In this document: piece after piece, positions 1-7,884 of the stretch
Layout of the letters: each line of letters starts with the position of its first letter
Position numbering within the stretch: the stretch's first letter is position 1
From: a virus
Virus record (IMG/VR): IMGVR_UViG_3300009103_001698
Coordinates: 1-64,000 of that record
DNA length: 64,000 nt
Strand: one strand, 5' to 3'
Notes under the pieces: model-generated
Told to the model about the DNA's origin: nothing
The model's input: the letters and a program-made list of their open reading frames with translations, nothing else
Database searches by the model: none
Made by a program: the position numbers and the translations under genes

Positions 1-846
1 GTCCAGGCTTCCAGAGTTGGAAGGTCAAGTGCCGGCGGTGGTGTGAGAAAAAGGAAGACTGCTGCTGCTACTTTCAAACCATCAGATCTTGAAGGTTTGT
101 CGTTGTGGTTGGACGCTGATGACGCAAGCACGATAAGCGAAAGCGGTGGGGATGTGTCCGAGTGGAGAAACAAGGCTCCAGCACCATACGCTGGCTTGTT
201 TGATTTCGCCCAGAGCAATGGCACTTATAAGCCCACACTGGTAGCCAGCGCGTGGAATAGTAAGCCAGTTGTTCGTTTTGATGGTGTCGATGACCACCTA
301 AACGGCGCTGGTGCGACCGGATACCGTAGCCCGGCTGGAACTGATCAGGGGGTGACAATTTTTGCAGTGCTTCGCAACTATCCATCGCTCCAGACCGGAT
401 ACCGAACTGCGCTTATGGGTGGGCTGAAAGCCAACGGAAGTAAAGGTGACCCTGTTTGGTGGGTTTTGGACTGGAACGGGTCTAGTGTTTCGGGTGGCGG
501 CATGTCCACCTATCAAGAGCCATTGAGCAGCACGTTGGCATATAGCTTGGATGGGTTCACTCTGTCCGGTGATATTTACTCTTTCAGGAACGACAACAAT
601 TCAGACTCAGTTCGCATTAACGGTGCCAGCTCGACGAGTTCAACCAGTGGGCCACTAACTGAGATCTACCCAACCAACGACCTTTATGCATACATGCGGA
701 TTGGTGGCGCGTACGGTGCCACATCATCACAAGACTTCGGCGGCGAGATTGCAGAGATTATCGCATATAACAGCAACCTCTCAGACGCTGACCGCGAAAC
801 CGTCGAAGCCTATCTAGCCACCAAGTGGGGCATCACACTTTCTTAG
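1..846 (+). CDS. Modular fibre/decoration protein with C-terminal LamG/ConA-like domain, 5'-truncated by the window edge
   Basis: Frame is open from base 1 (VQASRVGRSSAGGGVRKRK, the same linker as in 1377 and 2496). It has the LWLDADDAS...GEIAEIIAY...VEAYLATKWG module. Confidence 0.7.
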   Translation, partial: VQASRVGRSSAGGGVRKRKTAAATFKPSDLEGLSLWLDADDASTISESGGDVSEWRNKAPAPYAGLFDFAQSNGTYKPTLVASAWNSKPVVRFDGVDDHLNGAGATGYRSPAGTDQGVTIFAVLRNYPSLQTGYRTALMGGLKANGSKGDPVWWVLDWNGSSVSGGGMSTYQEPLSSTLAYSLDGFTLSGDIYSFRNDNNSDSVRINGASSTSSTSGPLTEIYPTNDLYAYMRIGGAYGATSSQDFGGEIAEIIAYNSNLSDADRETVEAYLATKWGITLS

Positions 847-861
847 GAACTAACGTTGAGC

Positions 862-1239
862 TTAGTTGACCTTAATAAGACTTGGCTTCACAGCATCTGG
901 CTTATTGATTGTAATGTCAAGAATGCCTGCGTTGTATTTAGCTGAAATGGTTGAGGCATCAACACCACTTGGGACTTCCCAGGTTTTATTATAAGATTTG
1001 CTTATATAGCGGTTATTGGTTTCTTTGTCCAAGTCGTATGATACAGTAAACTTGTTGTTTTCTAAAGAAATGGTAAAGTCCTTCTTTGTTAGACCTGGAG
1101 CAACAACTGAAACTTTCCAATTATCTTTATTATCGGTCACATTGGATCTCGGATAATTGGGTGTCGTTGAGACGTTTAGGTTGAGGGGTAAGAGTTCGTC
1201 ATAAAAGAACTTCTCTGTTAGTTTGAATAAATCATTCAT
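862..1239 (-). CDS. hsp20: Small heat-shock protein (Hsp20/alpha-crystallin)
   Basis: YPRSNV...VVAPGLTKKDFTISLENN...ISAKYNAGILDITINK alpha-crystallin signature. Confidence 0.9.
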   Translation of the reverse strand: MNDLFKLTEKFFYDELLPLNLNVSTTPNYPRSNVTDNKDNWKVSVVAPGLTKKDFTISLENNKFTVSYDLDKETNNRYISKSYNKTWEVPSGVDASTISAKYNAGILDITINKPDAVKPSLIKVN

Positions 1240-1282
1240 ATTTGTTTGTTTCCTTGTATAGGGTCTTTTACCAGACCTATTA

Positions 1283-1312
1283 ATAATATAGGTGACTTTG
1301 CCAACTTGTCAA
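1283..1312 (-). promoter_or_regulatory. Sigma70-like promoter for hsp20
   Basis: Minus strand TTGACA-N16-TATATT (or N18-TATTAT), upstream of an AAGGA SD. Confidence 0.6.
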
Positions 1313-1376
1313 GTAAAAACTTTAAGTTTTTTGTTCTCTTGTGTTACTATTTATAACATTCACAGGGACAACTATA

Positions 1377-2486
1377 ATGAAAAACTTCAAAGATCTGATC
1401 AAAGAAATAAAGACCAACGAAAATAAAGGTCTTGTAAATAAGCAGAAAGGTCTTTCTTTCAACTTCGATCAGCCGTTCGACAAGAAGAAGCTCGAAGAAG
1501 CCAACCTTCTCAATAAGATCAACGAGATCATAAAATTTAGAGACCCTATTTTAGAAACTATGTCTTATGAAAGTTGGGCTATGATCCTACAAAATAAGCT
1601 GGTTGAAGAGCTAGATCCAAAACAAGCCAAAATGTTATACGAACAGGATATGTTTAGAGCAGAGAAAGTCCAAACAGCTGCAAAAGCAAGGGCTGGACGT
1701 TCTGGTAGGGCAGGTGGCGGTGTGCGAAAAAGGAAGGTTGCTGCGGCTGTTGATCCTTGGACGCCATCAGATCTGCTCTTGAATGCTGGCGACGAGTACT
1801 ATCAACCCTCGACGATTGCGGGCGGGTCTGATGGGGTCAAGTTCTCTACCTGGAATGCAGAGGTAGCGGCGGGTGAGCCAGCGCAGACACTTTCTCAGAG
1901 CGACACAGCCCACCAGCCAAAATACCTAACAAGCGCAATCAACGGGGAGCCTGGGGTGCTGATGGGCCTTTATCCAGACGTACCGGAGGCCGACCTGAAA
2001 ATATCCGGTCCAATGGATTCCGACGCCTTCACTTTTGCAATGGTGACCCAGTTCACAGCACCGACAAGCGGGTTTACCCAGGGCGGCAGGATTGCGCGCG
2101 CTAGATGGAACAAGGGCCGCATAGACTACACTCCCTACTCAACATATAGCAGCACTGTAAGAGCTTATTATTCTGGAGCCAAAGGCGGTCCATACTTCAC
2201 CCCAGCAATTGATCACACTGTGCAGCACTGGATTGTATCGGGCGCAGACTCTGCAACCAATCTTGACTGGAAAGAGTCCACAACCGTGCTGGCGACCCCG
2301 AAAAGCAACAACACCCCCTCGAACAACGCTCAAATCACCATGAGCATCAGGTCTTATGAGTTTTCGGATGGGTCGACCGGCGACTTGGAGTGGAGGGTTG
2401 CCGAAATCCTCTACCTATCACGCGAGATATCAGCATCGGAAAAGACAAATCTTCTGGCCTATTGGCAGGGGAAGTACGGAGTATAG
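1377..2486 (+). CDS. Modular virion protein: conserved N-terminal anchor plus divergent LamG-like C-terminal domain
   Basis: FRDP..YEQDM.RAEK..GRSGRAGGGVRKRK shared with 2496; C-terminus VAEILY...LLAYWQGKYG. ATG 1377 preferred over GTG 1341 because it follows the ACTATTTATA motif and a GGGA SD. Confidence 0.65.
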   Translation: MKNFKDLIKEIKTNENKGLVNKQKGLSFNFDQPFDKKKLEEANLLNKINEIIKFRDPILETMSYESWAMILQNKLVEELDPKQAKMLYEQDMFRAEKVQTAAKARAGRSGRAGGGVRKRKVAAAVDPWTPSDLLLNAGDEYYQPSTIAGGSDGVKFSTWNAEVAAGEPAQTLSQSDTAHQPKYLTSAINGEPGVLMGLYPDVPEADLKISGPMDSDAFTFAMVTQFTAPTSGFTQGGRIARARWNKGRIDYTPYSTYSSTVRAYYSGAKGGPYFTPAIDHTVQHWIVSGADSATNLDWKESTTVLATPKSNNTPSNNAQITMSIRSYEFSDGSTGDLEWRVAEILYLSREISASEKTNLLAYWQGKYGV

Positions 2487-2495
2487 GAACCAACA

Positions 2496-3875
2496 ATGAG
2501 CAAAAAGAAAACATTCAAAAGATTTGTCAGAGAAGAAGTTTTAGGCGTCAAACCCGAAGATAAACAGTTTGATAAGTTTGAAGATTATGTTAAGGACGTT
2601 AGAGGGTATAAACCTCCTGAAAACAAAGCCGATTCTTTTGAACAGTTCCTAAAAGAAACCAAAGGTTACGAACCACCTGAACACAAATACGACTCTTTCG
2701 AACAAATGAAGGAAGAGGCAAGAGAAGAAACCAAACAACAACTCCTCGAAGAAAGAAAGATTTATGTTGAACCTACTCCTATTATAATAACTGACGAACA
2801 AATAGAGAAAGCAAATAGAGCACTTATCTTCAAAGAGATCAACGAAGTCCTAAAATTCAGAGATCCTGTTCTCGAAAAAATGACTTTTAAACAATGGCTA
2901 AAAATCCCACATAACAAATTTGTTTTTGAACTTGACGAACATCAAGCAGATCTGCTTTACGAGCAGGATATGTGGAGAGCAGAGAAATACCAAATCGCAA
3001 CCACAGCAAAAGCAAGGACTGGACGTTCTGGTAGAGCAGGCGGTGGCGGTGTGCGGAAAAGGAAGACAGCTGTCGCTGCTTGGAAACCATCAGATCTTGA
3101 AGGTTTATCGCTTTGGCTGGATGCTGACGATGCCTCTACCATAACCGAGAGCGGCGGTGCCATTTCGGGTTGGACAAACAAAGCCCCAGCACCATACGCT
3201 GGATTGTTTGATCTTACCCAGTCCAGCGCAGCGTCACAACCAGCTTTTGTAACCGACGGTCAGAACGGCAGATCGGTGGTGCGCTTTGATACAACAGTCG
3301 ACGAAGAGTTGAACGGTGTTGGGTCGGATGCATATCAAACGCCAGCGTCTAGCGGTAACGAGTTGACGCTGTTTACTGTTTGTCGATTCACCACGGGCCA
3401 CAGCATTACGCGTGCATACATATCTGGTATCATCGGTTGGGCACTGGATTCGAACTACAAATATGTCCCCGTTTTGAACAGACATTTTAATTTTGGAGAT
3501 AGCGAGGGCTATGGAGGTAGTCGCGGCATCACGGCACTTAACACAAAACCCCCCTATGACCGTGCCCAACTACAGACCAGTTTTACCGAAACAAACAAAA
3601 TTTACACATTCCGAAATCAAGCCACCGCACCACTGAGAATCGACGGCGATGGGAGCCTCACCCTCGACCGCAACGACTGCCCGCTGGTTGGTTTGAACCT
3701 GTCTGACACAACTAGAAAATGGTTGACCGTTGGGCGCGCTTACGCCGACAGCTATGCCAACAACTTTGACGGCGATATCTGCGAAATCATTTGTTATGCG
3801 GCCAACCTTTCAGACGCTGACACGGAAACAGTCGAAGAATACTTAGCCGATAAATGGGGCATAACGCTACCGTAA
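2496..3875 (+). CDS. Modular virion protein: ~20-aa repeats, anchor domain and LamG-like domain
   Basis: Three KPxxxxxDxFEx repeats, the shared anchor, and a LamG module nearly identical in DNA to part of 7885-12312. Confidence 0.7.
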   Translation: MSKKKTFKRFVREEVLGVKPEDKQFDKFEDYVKDVRGYKPPENKADSFEQFLKETKGYEPPEHKYDSFEQMKEEAREETKQQLLEERKIYVEPTPIIITDEQIEKANRALIFKEINEVLKFRDPVLEKMTFKQWLKIPHNKFVFELDEHQADLLYEQDMWRAEKYQIATTAKARTGRSGRAGGGGVRKRKTAVAAWKPSDLEGLSLWLDADDASTITESGGAISGWTNKAPAPYAGLFDLTQSSAASQPAFVTDGQNGRSVVRFDTTVDEELNGVGSDAYQTPASSGNELTLFTVCRFTTGHSITRAYISGIIGWALDSNYKYVPVLNRHFNFGDSEGYGGSRGITALNTKPPYDRAQLQTSFTETNKIYTFRNQATAPLRIDGDGSLTLDRNDCPLVGLNLSDTTRKWLTVGRAYADSYANNFDGDICEIICYAANLSDADTETVEEYLADKWGITLP

Positions 3876-3897
3876 GAACCAACAACCTCAAAGACAC

Positions 3898-4413
3898 TTA
3901 CGGCAAATAATCTTTCCAAGCATCTGGAATATCGCAGAGATTGAAAGATAACTTATTGTCCTTGATAATCATCAAAGGTTTCACAGGTTTGTTCTTCAAA
4001 AACATTCCAGCTTGTTTGGGTGTTCTAGATCCTTTCTTTTGATTACACTTATGACAGCAGGCAACAATGTTGCTCCAAGTGCGTTTGCCTCCTTGTGAAA
4101 CAGGTGTAACGTGATCGAGAGTAAAGTTGTGTTTGGAAAGTTGTTTGAAACAATACTGACATTCTTTATTATCTCTATAGTATATATTGTCTCTGCTGAA
4201 CTTGCCGGTCTTATTAAACTCAAACTTCTTTATGACATTGCCAATAAATCTAACGATTGCTGGGATGTGAAAAATCTCATCAACTGTTCTTATTGTTCTG
4301 TCTTTATAGATCTCGACGATCTCTACTTTTCCAGCGAACCACATTCCAATTGCTTTTTGCCAAGAAATGTGGGACATCGGTTGATATGCGGAAGATAGAA
4401 CAAGCGTGTCCAT
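3898..4413 (-). CDS. HNH endonuclease (McrA-like)
   Basis: RDNKECQYC...TLDHVTPVSQGG...WSNIVACCHKCNQKK. Confidence 0.9.
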   Translation of the reverse strand: MDTLVLSSAYQPMSHISWQKAIGMWFAGKVEIVEIYKDRTIRTVDEIFHIPAIVRFIGNVIKKFEFNKTGKFSRDNIYYRDNKECQYCFKQLSKHNFTLDHVTPVSQGGKRTWSNIVACCHKCNQKKGSRTPKQAGMFLKNKPVKPLMIIKDNKLSFNLCDIPDAWKDYLP

Positions 4414-4421
4414 TATAGTAA

Positions 4422-4607
4422 CTATTCTTCTTTATCTCGTTTCCACTTACGACAGGCTTCTTTTTTCTTTTTCTTCTTTCGATCTTCAAATCTTTTTGGA
4501 CGATAGCGACCGTCATAAGCCCCATCACGCTGCGATAGTTTGCGAGCAAGACGCTTTATTTCTTTGAGCTTCTTTTTGAGTTTCTTTTTATCTCTCTTCT
4601 TGCTCAT
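4422..4607 (-). CDS. Small, very basic hypothetical protein
   Basis: Lys/Arg-rich ORF starting MSKKRDKKK immediately after the tdk stop. Confidence 0.55.
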   Translation of the reverse strand: MSKKRDKKKLKKKLKEIKRLARKLSQRDGAYDGRYRPKRFEDRKKKKKKEACRKWKRDKEE

Positions 4608-4608
4608 A

Positions 4609-5172
4609 TCACACCACCCAGGATTTACCCCAGTGTTTTCTACACCTTGCTTCGTACTTGTTGCCAGCACCAACAAAAACTTTATCTTCTACTGCCGCAG
4701 TTCTAAAAGTCAATACAGCGTCGTCTCCGCAACGAGCACAAACTGCTGTTAGTTTATCAACAGTATCTGCCATTGCCATTAATGTTGGCATCGGCATAAA
4801 GGGCTCTTTTTTAGAATCCAAATCTAAACCAGCAACAACGATCCTAAATCCTCTTTTTAGTAGATGTTTGACAACCTCCACAACTTCGTCACCAAGAAAT
4901 TGACATTCATCAATGCCGATTAGACAGGGCTCAGCGTCCTCCAGAGCTTTGGTTATTTCTTTGGCAGCCTTCACCGGTTGACAAGCCATTTGGACGCCTG
5001 AGTGGGACGCTACGTGGTCTAATGAGTATCTATTATCTATGTCTGGCTTGAATAGAAAGTAGGGACGCTTGGCAATGCTGGCTCTTTTTACTCTTCGGAT
5101 CAATTCTTCTGATTTTCCAGAGAACATAGGACCACAAACGACTTCGAGGCGGGGGGTAGATTTAGTGAACAT
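4609..5172 (-). CDS. tdk: Thymidine kinase
   Basis: GPMFSGKSEEL P-loop, IDECQF, AGLDLD, CxxC, VGAG..YEARCR. Confidence 0.95.
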   Translation of the reverse strand: MFTKSTPRLEVVCGPMFSGKSEELIRRVKRASIAKRPYFLFKPDIDNRYSLDHVASHSGVQMACQPVKAAKEITKALEDAEPCLIGIDECQFLGDEVVEVVKHLLKRGFRIVVAGLDLDSKKEPFMPMPTLMAMADTVDKLTAVCARCGDDAVLTFRTAAVEDKVFVGAGNKYEARCRKHWGKSWVV

Positions 5173-5198
5173 TGAGAAACTCCTTGTTGGTGAGATTT

Positions 5199-5227
5199 AG
5201 TATAAAACAAAAACAAGCAAAAGTAAA
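5199..5227 (-). promoter_or_regulatory. Sigma70-like promoter for the tdk operon
   Basis: Minus strand TTTACT-N17-TATACT, then an AAGGAG SD. Confidence 0.55.
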
Positions 5228-5274
5228 GTGTTTTATAAATCTGGGTAATAGTTATTTTATTGGAGAAATAATAA

Positions 5275-5886
5275 ATGAAGTATATTATAATGTTACTGCT
5301 ATTATTTTCTTTTTCTTGCGACGATGGCAAGGCTGAACCTTTTCCATCGCAAGAAGAAATTGAGAAAAAAGCGATTGAGGCAATAAAAGCTGATACAATA
5401 ATCTTAATCCCGGGACCGCCGGCAGAACCGCCCCCGCCGATGTATAACGACACTTGGAAACTACAAGACATAAATCCAGATAGTAAAGATTTTAATAAAG
5501 TTTTTAATCTTAACAAGTTCAAGGGACAGAAGATCGTAATGGTCTTCCATTCAGCACCCTGACTGGCTTGTCAAGTGCAGGTTGCACTTATGAAAAAATG
5601 GAAACTGAACGACTATCCAGATACTGTATTTATCAGCGTCTTGGCAAAAAGTAGTACCAAACAAATTCACCTTCATCACGTTGAGAAATCAGACATAAAA
5701 GTTCTTCACGACATTGCTGAAATGTGGAAAACTTATGATGCTGGGAAATACACAACTTTCGTTTATAATGAAAAAGGTGAAGAAAAATGGCGTTATGATC
5801 ACAAGCCCGGAGCACTTTGTTATGCTTTCGGTGGTGCCATGTACATTAATACTTGGCAAGAAGAAGTTGAGAAAGCGTTGGAATAA
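5275..5886 (+). CDS. Probable selenoprotein: lipoprotein thioredoxin-fold redoxin (TlpA/AhpC-TSA-like), 203 aa, Sec at TGA 5560-5562
   Basis: Lipobox (FSFS-C); KFKGQKIVMVFHSAP-[TGA]-LACQ gives UxxC; both ORFs are in the same frame; SECIS-like hairpin follows. Confidence 0.8.
5560..5589 (+). promoter_or_regulatory. Bacterial-type SECIS element
   Basis: TGA-N10-AAGTGCA-GGT-TGCACTT, a perfect 7-bp stem with a GGU loop. It resembles the E. coli fdhF upper stem GGUUGCAGGUCUGCACC. Confidence 0.75.
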
Positions 5887-5945
5887 TCATACTACTTATT
5901 AAAGTCGTTATAAAAAAAAGCTATAATAAACTAAAAGGAGAATAA

Positions 5946-6542
5946 ATGACTTTATTTGCAATTGCATTTGGCAGTTCTGCAATAGGAATGCTAATAGTCA
6001 AACTTTTCTGTGACAGAGATGCTCAAAGAAGTTTACAGAGAGAAAAAAGACAAACACAACTAACATTGGAAAGCCACGTTTTAGTAGTAGAAGAAAGAAA
6101 TGGACAGATTGAAATTCTTACAAAAGAAAAAGATAAACTAAAAGAGAAACTGGAACTTACCCAAGGTGAAACTTATTCTTTGGAACAGCGAATAGCCATT
6201 TCAGAAATAAAACTACAAGAGATCGAGAAAGAAAAAGAACTATTATACATAAACAAAGTTGATGAACAACTCAAAGAACATTCACAAATGGTATTAGAGA
6301 AGTACATCGAACCGTTACAAGAAAAAATAGTTCTTCTAACAGACACAATAGAAGACAATAAAGAAAATGAAAGCGCTTTGATAAGCGAAGAAATAAAAAA
6401 AATGTACTTGTCTAATGTAGAGTTTCGTCAAGAAGTTATAAAACAGTTTGAAAACTCAACTAATGACATTCAAAAACATATCACTGCTAGCATAAAATCT
6501 ACCAAGCCACCACGGCACATAATTTGTGGGAGCATATCGTGA
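5946..6542 (+). CDS. Membrane-anchored coiled-coil protein
   Basis: N-terminal hydrophobic segment followed by E/K/L heptads; AAGGAG SD. Confidence 0.6.
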   Translation: MTLFAIAFGSSAIGMLIVKLFCDRDAQRSLQREKRQTQLTLESHVLVVEERNGQIEILTKEKDKLKEKLELTQGETYSLEQRIAISEIKLQEIEKEKELLYINKVDEQLKEHSQMVLEKYIEPLQEKIVLLTDTIEDNKENESALISEEIKKMYLSNVEFRQEVIKQFENSTNDIQKHITASIKSTKPPRHIICGSIS

Positions 6543-6592
6543 TATTTTAGAATCCACAAACTATTTATAAACACAAAGGCAAGGTTTAAAAA

Positions 6593-7000
6593 ATGGCAGC
6601 ACCATATCACACACTCACAAAACCAGGAATAGGACACGTAGGAAGCTTCCAAGTTTCCGGTTATCCTTATATTACAGGATCAACAAGTATAGCCGATGGC
6701 GGAGAAAATAAAATAGAGTTTCCCCGAGTGGTAAAATCTATAACAGTTATTAACCGGTCGACTACAGCAGGACTAAGAGTTCATTTCAACCCCACAAGTT
6801 CAGGTAATGTTTATTCTGGTGGTCATTACATTTCTTTGCCCGATGATGAAGACGCTGTAACGTTCAACATCAAGTGCAAAGAGATTTACATTTCCAATCC
6901 TGCCGGCAACGGCACTGGAAGTTATGAGTTATTCGCAGAAGTCACAAGTATTGGAGCAGGGGAGATGCCAGCACTTACAGGTTCTGGATTAACAGAGTAA
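6593..7000 (+). CDS. Putative virion structural protein, paralog of 15592-15987
   Basis: PGIG.VGS.Q...PYITGS...CKEIY...LTGSGLTE shared with the paralog; motif ACTATTTATA upstream. Confidence 0.6.
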   Translation: MAAPYHTLTKPGIGHVGSFQVSGYPYITGSTSIADGGENKIEFPRVVKSITVINRSTTAGLRVHFNPTSSGNVYSGGHYISLPDDEDAVTFNIKCKEIYISNPAGNGTGSYELFAEVTSIGAGEMPALTGSGLTE

Positions 7001-7519
7001 ATGGGATATAAATCAGGCAGGGGCAAATATCGGGGTGTATTATCAGCCAGTGCTTTCGTCGGAGACGGATCTGGATTAACAGGCATTTCTGGTTCTGGCG
7101 TCCCGGGCGGTTCTGCCAATCACGTTCAATATAATAATGGTGCTGGTGCTTTTGCCGGCACAGCTGCCCTCACATTCGACGGAACAACTCTAACAGCACA
7201 AAAGATCACAGCATCTGTTCACGTTTCTGCGTCAACCTTCTATGGTGACGGCTCAAACCTAACCGGCGTTTCCGGCGGTGGAGGATCACCCGGTGGCTCA
7301 AACACACACGTTCAATATAATAGTGGCGGTTCATTCGCTGGATCTTCTAATCTTACTTATGATGGAACAAACTTGACAACTCAACAGATAACAGCATCAA
7401 CTCACGTTTCAGCTTCAACTTACTATGGCGATGGCTCAAATTTAACTGGAGTTACTGGTGGTGGCGGTTCAGCAGTCGATAGTGATCAAACAATTTTAGC
7501 AGTACAGGTATTCGGATAG
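7001..7519 (+). CDS. Gly-rich fibre-shaft-like protein with two internal repeats
   Basis: PGGS..HVQYN..G.FAG...LT.DGT...ITAS.HVSAST.YGDGSNLTGV occurs twice. Confidence 0.65.
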   Translation: MGYKSGRGKYRGVLSASAFVGDGSGLTGISGSGVPGGSANHVQYNNGAGAFAGTAALTFDGTTLTAQKITASVHVSASTFYGDGSNLTGVSGGGGSPGGSNTHVQYNSGGSFAGSSNLTYDGTNLTTQQITASTHVSASTYYGDGSNLTGVTGGGGSAVDSDQTILAVQVFG

Positions 7520-7528
7520 GAGAAATAT

Positions 7529-7876
7529 ATGGCAACTTTTAGTAAACAATTTTTATCAGGGAGCACAAGCGGTAAACAGATCAAAGTCACTGCCACAGCA
7601 ACTCCCGGTACAGCAATTCATACACCGGATTCAACTGGTGTCGACGAAATGTGGCTCTATGCTACAAACCAAGATACAGTAGCAGTCGATCTGACTGTGG
7701 AATACGGAGGGGTAACAAGTCCTGATGACAAAATCACGATGAGTGTCCCAAGTAAATCTGGACTAACATTAGTTGTTCCTGGACTAATTATCAGTGGTTC
7801 GAGCTATCCAGTTCGGGCTTTCGCATCAACTGGTTCAGTTGTAATGATTAGCGGCTACGTCAACCGTATTACATAG
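7529..7876 (+). CDS. Hypothetical fibre-associated beta-rich protein
   Basis: AGGAG SD; lies in the fibre operon. Confidence 0.55.
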   Translation: MATFSKQFLSGSTSGKQIKVTATATPGTAIHTPDSTGVDEMWLYATNQDTVAVDLTVEYGGVTSPDDKITMSVPSKSGLTLVVPGLIISGSSYPVRAFASTGSVVMISGYVNRIT

Positions 7877-7884
7877 GAAATGAG

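Noticed and set aside
1240-1290. RNA thermometer in the hsp20 leader
   Set aside because: A hairpin exists (ATAGGTCT/AGACCCTAT on the minus strand), but it does not cover the SD.
5560-5562. Genome-wide TGA reassignment (code 4 or 25)
   Set aside because: TGA is a normal stop elsewhere (e.g. 19205, 37206, 38462 in ATGA overlaps) and genes are intact under code 11, so the read-through is site-specific.
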